Sequence record: PP942979.1
Direction: 5' to 3' (one strand)
DNA: 64,000 nt
This document shows positions 29,814-39,404 of the stretch, in pieces. A program made the translations under genes and the position numbers. Every line of letters begins with the position of its first letter. Within the stretch, counting starts at the first letter, position 1. The notes under the pieces are model-generated. The model saw only the letters and a list, made by a program, of their open reading frames with translations. It did not search any database and was not told the origin of the DNA.

Positions 29814-30227
29814 TTAACCCTCAGCGTCAAGCTCAATCGCAATGGCTTTCAGCTTCGCAGCGAGCAGCTTAATATCGGCAGACTTCGCTTGCATGTTAAA
29901 GCCACCACGACCGGGCTTGATTTCAGAATCGTTCTTGGTATTGTACCACTTACGCACTTCCACGACACGGTTACCGGCATCGTCATTGACGAGATCTACA
30001 GACAGGAAGCCATGTGCGCCAATCTGAATACGAAACAGCTCAGGCTCAGAAGTCTCTACACGAGTTTTCTTCTTGGCCTTTTGCGGCTTCTCTTCTTTCT
30101 TGGCTTTCTTTTCCTTAGGACGCTTGAGTTCAGTGTCTTTCTCGGTAAGAGGCTTAGACTTCTTTTTCAAACTGTCTTTGATCTTCTTTGCCTTAGCGCC
30201 TACGATTTTGCCGTTAACCATTGCCAT
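29814..30227 (-). CDS. PC4-like ssDNA-binding protein with Lys-rich N-terminus
   Basis: V.VRKWY.TK..EIKPGRGGF matches the PC4/YdbC pattern. Confidence 0.7.
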   Translation of the reverse strand: MAMVNGKIVGAKAKKIKDSLKKKSKPLTEKDTELKRPKEKKAKKEEKPQKAKKKTRVETSEPELFRIQIGAHGFLSVDLVNDDAGNRVVEVRKWYNTKNDSEIKPGRGGFNMQAKSADIKLLAAKLKAIAIELDAEG

Positions 30228-30520
30228 TAGATTTGCGTCCTCTTAACTTTCTTGATAGCAGAACTCGGACGCTTCTGAGGTATCGCCATGAGCATCCCTG
30301 CCTGCATCTCAGATGGATGAAGCAGAGCGTTCGCAATAAGCAACAACACCCAGTTAGCGTTCGAGCCGTATGTAATGTGCGACAATAGTTGAGGATTGCC
30401 CTCCATTGAGGCGTCGATTCGAGTTGGCGTGGTATACAGCGCCGTGTCTGCATCCTCAAACACCTTCATACTTAGAGGGTCAATTCCCCACTTGTCGATC
30501 ACGCCTATTGTTTCAGCCAT
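30227..30520 (-). CDS. Baseplate wedge protein (gp53/LysM-like)
   Basis: GNPQLLSHITYGSNANWVLLLIANALLHP..M.AG..M.IP pattern. Confidence 0.75.
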   Translation of the reverse strand: MAETIGVIDKWGIDPLSMKVFEDADTALYTTPTRIDASMEGNPQLLSHITYGSNANWVLLLIANALLHPSEMQAGMLMAIPQKRPSSAIKKVKRTQI

Positions 30521-31311
30521 TTCTTCAAGTCCTCTCGCGTTACAGCAAAGTAGCTACTGACCTGCAGGATGAAGTCCACGCTGATAGGGTTACCAGTACC
30601 ATCTTCCCACACGTTATCGAAGTTAGCGCTCACGCTATCAACAACACACGGACTCATGGAGAAGAAATTACCAATATCAACGAAGAACGCCTCGCTGTCC
30701 TCTAAGATGTTACCTATTGCAGCGTTAGCCGCATCAGCACCCCCGCCACCAGCAGCCAGTGTGAGTGTTTCCATACTGACTGATTTTAACGGGCTTGGGC
30801 CAGGAGGCATCAACAGGCCGCCGTTCTCAGAAGGTGCACATAGCGACAGCAGGTTGATGGTCGTATCAACAACTTCGCTTTTAGTGTCAGAGTAGGCATC
30901 GACGAAGATAGGAAGGTCGATTGATAGATAACTCGGACCTCCCCATACGCGAGCACTCGCCAACTTGTGCATAGAACTGGCGCCAGCGAATCGCAGCGCT
31001 TTATCCATTGCACCAGCATTGTTGCCGATGAATGCACCGGCGGCACCCAACTTACCACCTACAGTTGACAGAGCATCACCGCCTTTAGCGGCAACGTCAG
31101 CAAGTGAAGTGTTAGCAAATGGTGCGTCCCACTGAGAAGACAGGCTGAACGAGAAGTCTGGTGGAATGAAACCAGTGAACTTGATTGTACCACTCTTGTT
31201 GTAGATCTTCACACGATACATGTTATCGACAGAGATAATATCGTCACGCGACCGTGTGCTACCTACAGCAGTGGCTTGCCCACCATCGGCAGGCATTAAA
31301 TAGTTAGCCAC
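30505..31311 (-). CDS. Baseplate/tube-initiator protein (gp48-like)
   Basis: W.GPSYL..DLPI; C-terminal C.V.SVS..FD.....G.P..V...L; follows the tape-measure-like gene. Confidence 0.65.
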   Translation of the reverse strand: MANYLMPADGGQATAVGSTRSRDDIISVDNMYRVKIYNKSGTIKFTGFIPPDFSFSLSSQWDAPFANTSLADVAAKGGDALSTVGGKLGAAGAFIGNNAGAMDKALRFAGASSMHKLASARVWGGPSYLSIDLPIFVDAYSDTKSEVVDTTINLLSLCAPSENGGLLMPPGPSPLKSVSMETLTLAAGGGGADAANAAIGNILEDSEAFFVDIGNFFSMSPCVVDSVSANFDNVWEDGTGNPISVDFILQVSSYFAVTREDLKKWLKQ

Positions 31312-31323
31312 ACAAACTCCTTA

Positions 31324-34014
31324 TCACATGTAGCCCATAGTAATCATGTTCATCATCGGATCATCCATAAACACTGGAATTGAGTCGAGCGAATGTGAGT
31401 TACTAGGACTTGCGTTGCTTGAACCGCTAGAGCTTGGACGAGACACAGCGCCACCTTTCGGCATCTCAGGCGCAGGTGCTTGAGCTGGTGGTGGCGGAGC
31501 AGGTGCTTCTGTACGAGCAATATCACCCTCAGTAACGAGTGGCTGTCTCGCAACAGTTTCTTCCGGCTTGACTGTAGGCTCAATGCGTTTAACATCAGGT
31601 GCAGCCGCGGCAACAAGGTCATTCAAGCGACGCTCATGCTCTTCTGGTGAGGACTTAGGTGCTACAGGTCCTCTACCTGTGAAGTCAGGCAGCGAATTGG
31701 GATCAGTTTCAGAATACGTCTGAGGTTCACCCTTAGGCAGGTCTGGGAATCGAGCAGCAATACGTGCATCCTGCTCCGCTTCCGTTTCAGCCGGCTTAGG
31801 AGTATTTACAGCTTTCTTCTGACGATCTGCCTCAGCTACCTTGAGCAATACGTCCTTCTCGTTCTGCGCTCGCGTGGCAACGGACTGCCTTGTCTGAGCA
31901 TCAGAGGACTTGAAGTATTTGTCAGTCGTTGCAGCTTTATAATCCTGGATGGTCTTAATCAGTTCATCGTCGGACATGCTGTTAACGTCTTTGCCTTGCA
32001 GCGCATTCGAGATAACGCTGGTGCCTGCTCCGTACTGAACGGCCGTGCTATACATCAGCTCTTTAACACCTGCACCACGCTTCGTCAGGTCAACACCTAC
32101 TTCGTTCTGCATCTTCGCAGCAAGCGGCGCATAGTGAGTACGCGTGATATAGTCAGACTGCGCTTTATCAAAAGCCTCACCCTGAGTGTTTGCCACATCT
32201 TTATACACGGAGTTGAACTGAGATGTTCCCGGAGCAAGGCCACCGAAGCGTTCTAGGAACGGTTTACCTTCAGGGCTGTTCAGGAAGTTCATCATACTGC
32301 CGTTGTTTGTGGCAAGCTGGTGCTTACCATACGACACACCGCCGTAGTCACCTTTACCAGTAGATACAGTGCTGACGCCTCGACCACCAGACTCGAACTG
32401 TTCACTAACAGAACCAAGACCACCCTCAGCAATCGCTTTGTTGGCAATATCAGTTACCTGTTTGCTGTCATATCGCTTGGCAGGCTGCGCTCGCATCGGT
32501 CCTTGATACTGACCACCACCGCCTCCGACACCAGCACCCATTCCCATCATACCCATAAAGCTGAAAGGTGAGACAGTGGGCTGCGGGAACTTGGACTTGT
32601 TCTCGTTCTCGTCAGTGGTCTTGTTGTAATCCTCCATCTTCTCTTTACGGTCTTTCTCGCCGTCAGCAAGCATCGTGTCGGTTTCATCAGTTATCTTGTC
32701 AGCAACGTATTCGCCGACAGAGTTACCGAAGTAGTCACCCAAGATGCCCCCCAACAGACTGCCAAGAGCAGCACCGGCAGCGGTACCAACGACAGGAACA
32801 ACTGAACCCAGCGTACCGCCAATCCACGCACCAGCAATAGCGCCTGTTGTACCACCAGCAGTACCGCCAATAGCTCCGCCAGTCGCTTTCTTCTTCTCGT
32901 GCGCCTTCTCAGCGTCAGTAAGAGTTTCGTCTGCGTCGATGTGCTGCATATCATTCGCAAGGCCGATACTGTTACCTAAAGCAGGACCGATGACAGGAAT
33001 CTTCTTAGACGCACCAGCCAGCAACATTGAAGCGCCAGCTACAGCAGCATCTTGTGCTTGTGAAGGAGGCTGAGGCGTATCACCCTTAGCAGCTTCTTCG
33101 GCACGTTGAACTTCTTGGGGCTGTGCTACAGGCTGAGGCTGGGCCGGAGCTTCTGGCATACCTGCACCAGAGTTCTCTGCGTTGTCCTGCTCAAACTTCT
33201 CTTGTGATCTTTCTTTCAACCACAAGCCACCAGCAGTTGCAGCACCAATACCAACCAGTGCCATTAACGCACCAGCTTTGCCTCTCAGTCGCGGGAAGCG
33301 AGAACGTGGGAGATTGCGTCCGGGTCCTCTACGATTACCGGCGCCTCTACCGTAACGTCTGCCACGGCGATTACGACGACCGGTACGGCGACGACGATTA
33401 TCGTTACCAGAATCACCGAGATCACTACCGCTATCATTATCCGGGCCGTTGTCGTCATCATTAGCACCCGTGTTAGGACCACCAGCACCAGGCTGTTGTC
33501 CATGTGGATCTGACTTAGCGCGATTCTTCTCTTTGAACGCCTCGCGCTTTTCCCACTCAAGCCAATCTTCGAGAGCTTTCTGCGTCTTGGTAGAGACTGC
33601 ATTGCCTTCTTTGATTGCCTTAACAATATCGTCACCAGACTTCTCGCCTGCAATGAACAGGTCTTCGAGTGCTGACTCTACTTCGCGGGAATTAGGTTGT
33701 TGTGCTACAGGACGAGGAGATGTTGGTATCGCTTCGCTATCATTGACATAGCGCACACGCTGATTGGCCATCTTCTCGCGCATAGCTTTCGCTGCACGGT
33801 TCTTCGCTCTTGATCCAGGACCGACGTAGACAACTTCCTCTTCGTACATCTCTGGGTCGTAATCGCGTTCGTAATCAGCCTGCGTAGGATAATCATTCGC
33901 AGCCTTACGTTTGCGACGAGCTTTAGGCATACCCGCTACAGAAGGACTAACGCTGTCCGCATGTTCGATCATTAGTTCGAGTGCGGACAACTCTTTTTCT
34001 TGTGGCTTAGCCAT
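31324..34014 (-). CDS. Tape-measure-like protein with a peptidoglycan-hydrolase (VgrG3-C-like muramidase) domain
   Basis: Gly/Ala-rich hydrophobic segments; LGSVSEQFESGG.G..TVSTG.GD.GGVSYGKHQL motif; position after the hub chaperones. Confidence 0.7.
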   Translation of the reverse strand: MAKPQEKELSALELMIEHADSVSPSVAGMPKARRKRKAANDYPTQADYERDYDPEMYEEEVVYVGPGSRAKNRAAKAMREKMANQRVRYVNDSEAIPTSPRPVAQQPNSREVESALEDLFIAGEKSGDDIVKAIKEGNAVSTKTQKALEDWLEWEKREAFKEKNRAKSDPHGQQPGAGGPNTGANDDDNGPDNDSGSDLGDSGNDNRRRRTGRRNRRGRRYGRGAGNRRGPGRNLPRSRFPRLRGKAGALMALVGIGAATAGGLWLKERSQEKFEQDNAENSGAGMPEAPAQPQPVAQPQEVQRAEEAAKGDTPQPPSQAQDAAVAGASMLLAGASKKIPVIGPALGNSIGLANDMQHIDADETLTDAEKAHEKKKATGGAIGGTAGGTTGAIAGAWIGGTLGSVVPVVGTAAGAALGSLLGGILGDYFGNSVGEYVADKITDETDTMLADGEKDRKEKMEDYNKTTDENENKSKFPQPTVSPFSFMGMMGMGAGVGGGGGQYQGPMRAQPAKRYDSKQVTDIANKAIAEGGLGSVSEQFESGGRGVSTVSTGKGDYGGVSYGKHQLATNNGSMMNFLNSPEGKPFLERFGGLAPGTSQFNSVYKDVANTQGEAFDKAQSDYITRTHYAPLAAKMQNEVGVDLTKRGAGVKELMYSTAVQYGAGTSVISNALQGKDVNSMSDDELIKTIQDYKAATTDKYFKSSDAQTRQSVATRAQNEKDVLLKVAEADRQKKAVNTPKPAETEAEQDARIAARFPDLPKGEPQTYSETDPNSLPDFTGRGPVAPKSSPEEHERRLNDLVAAAAPDVKRIEPTVKPEETVARQPLVTEGDIARTEAPAPPPPAQAPAPEMPKGGAVSRPSSSGSSNASPSNSHSLDSIPVFMDDPMMNMITMGYM

Positions 34015-34859
34015 TATCCACCTCTACGGCCTCTCTGCGCTGCTAACGCAAGTGCTCGCTGTTCTTCGGCTTTGTTCTTATCGTGAACATAAGCACTATG
34101 CCAGTAAAGCAATTTGTTGATCGTTATATCGTCTGGCACGTAGATGTTCTTGGCGCTGGCGAGGTCAAGCGTCATGTTCATCATTGACGTGTCAGAGAAC
34201 ACACGGAAGTAGCCGAGAATATCAATTGGACTTTTGTAGGTGTATGTACGGAAGCAACGGTTGCACTTGTGGGTGGTCTCCAGTTCGCAACTCACATACA
34301 CGTAGTTACTGGCGTTAAGCAGTTCGATTGGGTCTGCATACTCAAGTGTCTGCGCAAGAGGAATATCGCTGTCGATATACATCGCGTTCATTACCTGAGT
34401 ACGGTTCTCATGCTCAGCCAGCAACTCTGCATCAATCCAACGCTGAACAGTAGGATGGCGCAAGCCCTTTGGAAGGTCGCGCCATTTGTGCTGAACTATT
34501 CTTTGTCGCATGACTTCTTCGGTGTTGAGCAGGCCGCAGTCTACTTCAACGAACTTGCAGCCTCTTGGCCTATCGTAGTAACGCTCACCACGCATATCAA
34601 CAAAGAAGGGCGTGGTGCATCGCCATTCATACAGACGATGCGATTGCGGCCAACTATTTCTGTCGAACATTGCCAGCATATAGCGGAAGTCTTCGAGGTA
34701 CATCTCTCTGACCTTCACGTTGGTGAATCGCTGCAACGTATCAACAAAGAGTTCAGGCAGTTTGTGTTTCTGCGCGTTAAACAGACTCGACATTGCATCT
34801 GCCGTTATTTGGCTGATACGACAATCTGACCTGCCTGAAGGGAGATAGATCTCTAACAT
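34014..34859 (-). CDS. Baseplate hub/tail assembly chaperone-like protein
   Basis: I.LPSG start and CxxC (CNRC) near the C-terminus; paralogue of 34859..35542. Confidence 0.65.
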   Translation of the reverse strand: MLEIYLPSGRSDCRISQITADAMSSLFNAQKHKLPELFVDTLQRFTNVKVREMYLEDFRYMLAMFDRNSWPQSHRLYEWRCTTPFFVDMRGERYYDRPRGCKFVEVDCGLLNTEEVMRQRIVQHKWRDLPKGLRHPTVQRWIDAELLAEHENRTQVMNAMYIDSDIPLAQTLEYADPIELLNASNYVYVSCELETTHKCNRCFRTYTYKSPIDILGYFRVFSDTSMMNMTLDLASAKNIYVPDDITINKLLYWHSAYVHDKNKAEEQRALALAAQRGRRGG

Positions 34860-35542
34860 TAGTTGACAAAGACCGCTGGGTTAAGATCCCATGCGCGTGT
34901 GCTGCGGCGTTGGCAGTGCGGGCACAGAAGTTCAATATCAGTCAGCAGGCCATGACGGGAAGCACGTACCCACTCAGACAGTTCAAGCCAGAGAGTCAGG
35001 TCGGACTGTTCTTCCAGACGCGCTACGTTGGCATCGAAGTTACGACCCATGTGAGCTACGTGCCAGCTAAACATATCTTCCGACGCACGTTCATAGTGAC
35101 GCATACGAGGAAGGTCAAAGTGTTCGTGCTCTGCGTTAAGCATTGCGATTGTCATTGACGTTTCATCAATCACGCCAACGTTGTTTGCATCGCAAGGGAA
35201 CGTATTGATAACGCCACCTTCAGGACGCAACTCATTCACAATGCCGTCGGAATATTCAAACAGCGGCTTCTTGCAGTTCCAGTATGTACGCAGTGGCATA
35301 ACAGTGTTCATCCACATACGCTGCTGGAAGACCAAAGCAAACGCATCAGGCACGGTCAGTTCTTCGAGTTTGATATTGAGACACGGCGCCAGAGCATCGA
35401 GCAGGATGTACTTCATATCCTTTGCATCAATAGCCTTAGCAATAGCACGGTTCTCTTTACCGCCGAAACGACGCATCTCAAAGGCTGTAGGCAGTTCAGC
35501 CTTATAGCCACGAGAAGGTAAACTCGCTGTTTGAATTTCCAT
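34859..35542 (-). CDS. Baseplate hub assembly chaperone (gp26-like)
   Basis: LPSRG.....F..R.F...E motif and CPHC. Confidence 0.7.
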   Translation of the reverse strand: MEIQTASLPSRGYKAELPTAFEMRRFGGKENRAIAKAIDAKDMKYILLDALAPCLNIKLEELTVPDAFALVFQQRMWMNTVMPLRTYWNCKKPLFEYSDGIVNELRPEGGVINTFPCDANNVGVIDETSMTIAMLNAEHEHFDLPRMRHYERASEDMFSWHVAHMGRNFDANVARLEEQSDLTLWLELSEWVRASRHGLLTDIELLCPHCQRRSTRAWDLNPAVFVN

Positions 35543-35552
35543 AGTTGTTATC

Positions 35553-36065
35553 TCACATCATTGGTCGGGAAACATCAAGAGCCATTTGCACAGACCACAT
35601 GCCTCTACCGCCGGTGCCGTTAAGCTGAATGCTTTGACCACCGATAGGCCAGCAGTTGCGTAGCTGTTGTTCGCCAACCATTTGCCCTTGGTTGTCGTAT
35701 AGCTCAATGATAAGGTTTTTCTTATACACAGACGGCAGACGGAAGCCACCAGTGTACGGATTCTGAATCAGACTCTGCCACGCATTGAAATATTTCATCA
35801 CTGCGAGCTTCTGGTCGATACCAAACAGCAGACTGAATCCGTCAACGCTCGAACCATGTGGCCAGTTGATTTGCACCGTGGCCACTTCTTTTGATTTCGA
35901 TTGATAGACGGAGAATGGCAAGTCTACTTCTTCACACGCGAACGGGCTTAACGATATATTACCAATAACAGGAAATTCTCGCACACGCCACTTGTCTTGC
36001 ATGAAGGGATCGTCAAGGCCAGGAGCAGAAGAATCATTCAGGTCATCAAGCGTCGGCAGCGGCAT
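35553..36065 (-). CDS. Tail-tube-like protein (gp54/gp19-like paralogue)
   Basis: L.DP....KW, Y..AW...I.N and ELYD..G.......L.NCWP tube-family motifs. Confidence 0.75.
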   Translation of the reverse strand: MPLPTLDDLNDSSAPGLDDPFMQDKWRVREFPVIGNISLSPFACEEVDLPFSVYQSKSKEVATVQINWPHGSSVDGFSLLFGIDQKLAVMKYFNAWQSLIQNPYTGGFRLPSVYKKNLIIELYDNQGQMVGEQQLRNCWPIGGQSIQLNGTGGRGMWSVQMALDVSRPMM

Positions 36066-36067
36066 GA

Positions 36068-36742
36068 TTAGTCCTCTACAATAACAAGCACAGGCCTAAC
36101 GGCATCGTCGAACTTGAGGAACGTAGCACCAACCAGATAGCCACCACTCTCAATCTGCTTAACGACTGCTTTCTCGTAGTCCGTTTCCCACTTGTCACGC
36201 TGATTGGCTTTGTAGCCATCAAACGTTTCTGACGCGTCGTAGTAGTTATACGTTCCGCCAGTTGGCATTGGGATTCGAGCAAGGAACTCAATACGACCAG
36301 CGTTCTTAAACTTGGCCTTACGTAGCTCTTGAGTCAGCTTCGTGTTCTCTGCTTTAGAGCCAGGAACAGCTTTGAATGGTTTCTTTGGTTGTGGTTCTTT
36401 CGGTGCAGCAGGAAGTTTCTCACGCGCTGGAGTATTCTTGTCGCTCGCTTTCTTAATGCGAATGCCGGACACTGTACCAGTGAACGGACGGCTGCGGCCA
36501 AGCAACGAACGTGCTGTAGGCGCATCGACTTCAAACACTACTGACGGGTCATCCTTATGCAGCACATAGAACTTGTTGCGCTTTGCAGCCAAGATACCGA
36601 ATACATCTTTTTCCTCGATATCGGCTTCATGCTCCTTGTTCTCAATGCTTACCTTGCGCTTACCTTCGAAGCGATACCAGTCGCAGTCTTGAATACCTAC
36701 GGCAGGTGTCTTACGTGCGCTTTCGCTCAGTAGAATAAGCAT
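36068..36742 (-). CDS. Hypothetical Lys-rich protein (putative internal head protein)
   Basis: N-terminal LLSES motif and shared beta-rich domain; GGAG RBS. Confidence 0.75.
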   Translation of the reverse strand: MLILLSESARKTPAVGIQDCDWYRFEGKRKVSIENKEHEADIEEKDVFGILAAKRNKFYVLHKDDPSVVFEVDAPTARSLLGRSRPFTGTVSGIRIKKASDKNTPAREKLPAAPKEPQPKKPFKAVPGSKAENTKLTQELRKAKFKNAGRIEFLARIPMPTGGTYNYYDASETFDGYKANQRDKWETDYEKAVVKQIESGGYLVGATFLKFDDAVRPVLVIVED

Positions 36743-36751
36743 AGTCTCTCC

Positions 36752-36786
36752 AAAACGAAAAAGGGCCAGAACGAATCTTGGCCCTT
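36752..36786 (-). terminator. Rho-independent terminator after the tail tube gene
   Basis: AAGGGCCA/TGGCCCTT stem plus TTTTTCGTTTT on the minus strand. Confidence 0.8.
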
Positions 36787-36793
36787 GTGTTTC

Positions 36794-37306
36794 TTACGAT
36801 GCGAGTTCGGCGTAGTCGAAGGACCATTCGATTGATACCGGAACAGCCTGTGCAGCACCAGAGAACTGCAAATCAGGAACCTGTTTCGGCCACACACCGT
36901 AGATGTTGTACTCAGCAACTACAGAACCGTCCATATCGAAGATACGGAAGATTCCTTTCGTTGCGTAGTCTGCCTTACGTGCGCCCAGCTGGGTTTGAGT
37001 GTTACGCACAAACTGGTGCCACTCTTCCAGTTGTTTGTACACGGCCATCTCTGAGTTTTCGTTGTACTCAGTGGACAGAGCGTGAGAGAAGATCTTACGG
37101 CCAGCGTAGTTAAGCTGGTGGCCGAACGCTTCTTTCAGAACTTCTTCGAGCGTTGAACCAGGCTTAACGCCAGTCTTACAGAACAGACGCAGAGTACGCG
37201 CATAGTCCGTACCACCGACAGGCGGGTTAGGGATCAGGAACTCGAAGTTGTCATCGAGTAACGGATCTTTCGTAGACGCAAATTCGTCAAGAGTTACCTT
37301 TGGCAT
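36794..37306 (-). CDS. Tail tube protein (T4 gp19-like)
   Basis: DPL....FEF.IP, AGRK.F....T.Y.E and Y...GVWP..V.DL.F motifs; follows the sheath. Confidence 0.9.
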   Translation of the reverse strand: MPKVTLDEFASTKDPLLDDNFEFLIPNPPVGGTDYARTLRLFCKTGVKPGSTLEEVLKEAFGHQLNYAGRKIFSHALSTEYNENSEMAVYKQLEEWHQFVRNTQTQLGARKADYATKGIFRIFDMDGSVVAEYNIYGVWPKQVPDLQFSGAAQAVPVSIEWSFDYAELAS

Positions 37307-37317
37307 CTAAAAGCTCC

Positions 37318-39003
37318 TTAGAGTGCACCAGAGTTAATCAGTTGCAGCGCGTACTGAATATCACCGACAGGCGGTACGATAGCAGTTACGTGAATGCGTT
37401 TAGTGTAGCGAGTCGGGTCAAGGAACACGTCGATGATCAGATCGCCACGCGCTTCGTCTTCTGCGGTGTTGTTCTTGTAGTCACACTGGACTGCATACCA
37501 ACGCAAACCACGACCGGTCTTAATCGGTTCGAGGATTGCTTCCATCGCAGACTTCTGGCGCTGTTTCAGAATGTCATCGTTCGGTTCGAACACGGCACTC
37601 AGGTTGTTTGCACGAGCAGAAGCATGAAGCATTGCCAACAGGCGACGAATACCGATATCCTGCAGCGGGCTCTTAGTGGTGTACGTTGTATCAGCACCCC
37701 ACATGAAGATGCCTTCGCCGTCGAATACAGCAATCGGGTTAATCTGGTTGTCTACCAGAACGTCGCGGTCGCCTTGTTTAAAGCGATAGCGCACGTCAGT
37801 AGCGAAGTCCAGCTTACCACGATTCAGACCGCCTGGTGCTAACCACGATGCTACTTGGTCGGCAGTCAACATGCAGTATGCCATACAGACAGATGCAGGC
37901 ACGTAGTAGTCACGCGCATTGTCGTTGTCACGGGCCTTAACGTCAGCATTCGAGATAGCCGACCAAGAACCAATGATGGAGAACTCTGCTTGCTGATACG
38001 GTTTGTTGCCACGGCGATACGCCACAGCATTGTCACGCGCTTGCAGGCTGACAGGGACGCCGTGAGTAGCGATACAGTCCATGCGGCTCTCAGCCAGTTC
38101 ATCGATCTTGTTCGCAATCACAGGATGCTCAAGGCCACCAGCACACAGAATGCCTGCCTGAACGTCTTCCCAGTCTCGGTAGTTATCCCACGCAGTCAAC
38201 ACAGCAGACAGACTCTGGTTAGCGATAGTCGCATCAGAATGATCTACGTCGATAACAGCGCCGTCGCTACCGCCAGTGAACTGACCATTAGGAGCAGTCG
38301 GGTTCGTTGGGTCAGCCGGGCCACCGCCGATGGAGTTGATAACCACATAGTTCGGGTCTTCCAGCAGCTTATAGTGGTTTTCGTTCAGCTTAACGCGGAT
38401 GTACTTGGAGTTAACGTTGATCACGTCTTCGAGGAAGAACTGATTGCCCGCTTCGTCTTTGTAGTAGCGCGTAGTCACGGTATGAGACTCAAGAGGAGTC
38501 AGGTAACCGATACGGTACACTTTGATGATGGACTTAATGCCCAGCGCATCAGTCACGTCAGGTTCAAACGTGATGTACATATCGTTCGCCGCTGCGTACT
38601 GAGACATTGCATAGACCAAACAAATATCACGATCAGAGAAGGCAATCTGCTCAGGGTCTACAAGTCCAGCGTCACCCAGAGGGCGGCAGGTGGCGAAGTT
38701 GTTATAAGTTGTGATATACACACCTGCGTATTTCACGGAGAGAGCGACACGCGTAATGTTCAGCTTGGTTGCTTTCGTCATCAGAAGTTTTGCGTTCTGG
38801 ACGTTGTTAGCGTACTGCCCCGTTGCTGGACCAAAAATTGCGTCGATCTCATCCTTAGAGGTAACAGTTGTGTTAACACCCACAGGTCCGCGAGGGAATG
38901 GCAGAACCAGAGTACACATGCCGTACTGCACAAGTGACGCTTGGTTGCTGCGATCATTCTCCTGCGAATAGACCCCCGGAGAGGGGTGATTAGGTTGTAA
39001 CAT
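37318..39003 (-). CDS. Tail sheath protein
   Basis: SPGVY..E start; F.GG.DG, W.APGG..RG, L....INPI and RRLL motifs. Confidence 0.95.
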   Translation of the reverse strand: MLQPNHPSPGVYSQENDRSNQASLVQYGMCTLVLPFPRGPVGVNTTVTSKDEIDAIFGPATGQYANNVQNAKLLMTKATKLNITRVALSVKYAGVYITTYNNFATCRPLGDAGLVDPEQIAFSDRDICLVYAMSQYAAANDMYITFEPDVTDALGIKSIIKVYRIGYLTPLESHTVTTRYYKDEAGNQFFLEDVINVNSKYIRVKLNENHYKLLEDPNYVVINSIGGGPADPTNPTAPNGQFTGGSDGAVIDVDHSDATIANQSLSAVLTAWDNYRDWEDVQAGILCAGGLEHPVIANKIDELAESRMDCIATHGVPVSLQARDNAVAYRRGNKPYQQAEFSIIGSWSAISNADVKARDNDNARDYYVPASVCMAYCMLTADQVASWLAPGGLNRGKLDFATDVRYRFKQGDRDVLVDNQINPIAVFDGEGIFMWGADTTYTTKSPLQDIGIRRLLAMLHASARANNLSAVFEPNDDILKQRQKSAMEAILEPIKTGRGLRWYAVQCDYKNNTAEDEARGDLIIDVFLDPTRYTKRIHVTAIVPPVGDIQYALQLINSGAL

Positions 39004-39045
39004 CGTGAATCTCCATAAGAATGGGCATCGTGTAACGACTGTATG

Positions 39046-39053
39046 AAATTAGC
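39046..39053 (-). promoter_or_regulatory. Putative phage late promoter GCTAATTT
   Basis: Intergenic, ~43 nt before the sheath ATG. Confidence 0.65.
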
Positions 39054-39059
39054 GAGAAC

Positions 39060-39404
39060 TCAATAGCAAACCAGATTAACTCGCTGATCCACGTCACTTA
39101 CCAGAACGGATTGTGCCATCTTTCCTGTCAGGGTGAATTGCCCTTCGATAATCATTTGACCACCAGAGAACTGGAGAATGATTGGCTCTGCGGTATCAAT
39201 GTACAGCAGACCTTTAATCTCAGGCAGCGCATATCCTTTAGGGCCGACGATGATACTCTGCATCTGATATTCACCATCGAGGGGAATACCTACGGCATGT
39301 GATTGTCGTTTTAGGATAGAGTTCTGGTTAGAAGTGACAGCACGTACACGACTATCAATGACCAGAGTACGATCCAGCTTACGATACTTCTCGCGTGTGT
39401 ACAT
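39060..39404 (-). CDS. Hypothetical protein
   Basis: 114 aa, coupled to the upstream gene. Confidence 0.7.
   Translation of the reverse strand: MYTREKYRKLDRTLVIDSRVRAVTSNQNSILKRQSHAVGIPLDGEYQMQSIIVGPKGYALPEIKGLLYIDTAEPIILQFSGGQMIIEGQFTLTGKMAQSVLVSDVDQRVNLVCY

Noticed and set aside
34014-35542. Programmed frameshift between the two chaperone-like genes (lambda G/GT style)
   Set aside because: The genes are joined by a TAATG stop/start overlap, each has its own LPS.G start and CxxC, and I saw no slippery site.
37855-38937. 360-aa plus-strand ORF
   Set aside because: Antisense shadow of the tail sheath gene; no RBS or recognisable motifs, and long shadows are expected from the strong codon bias.
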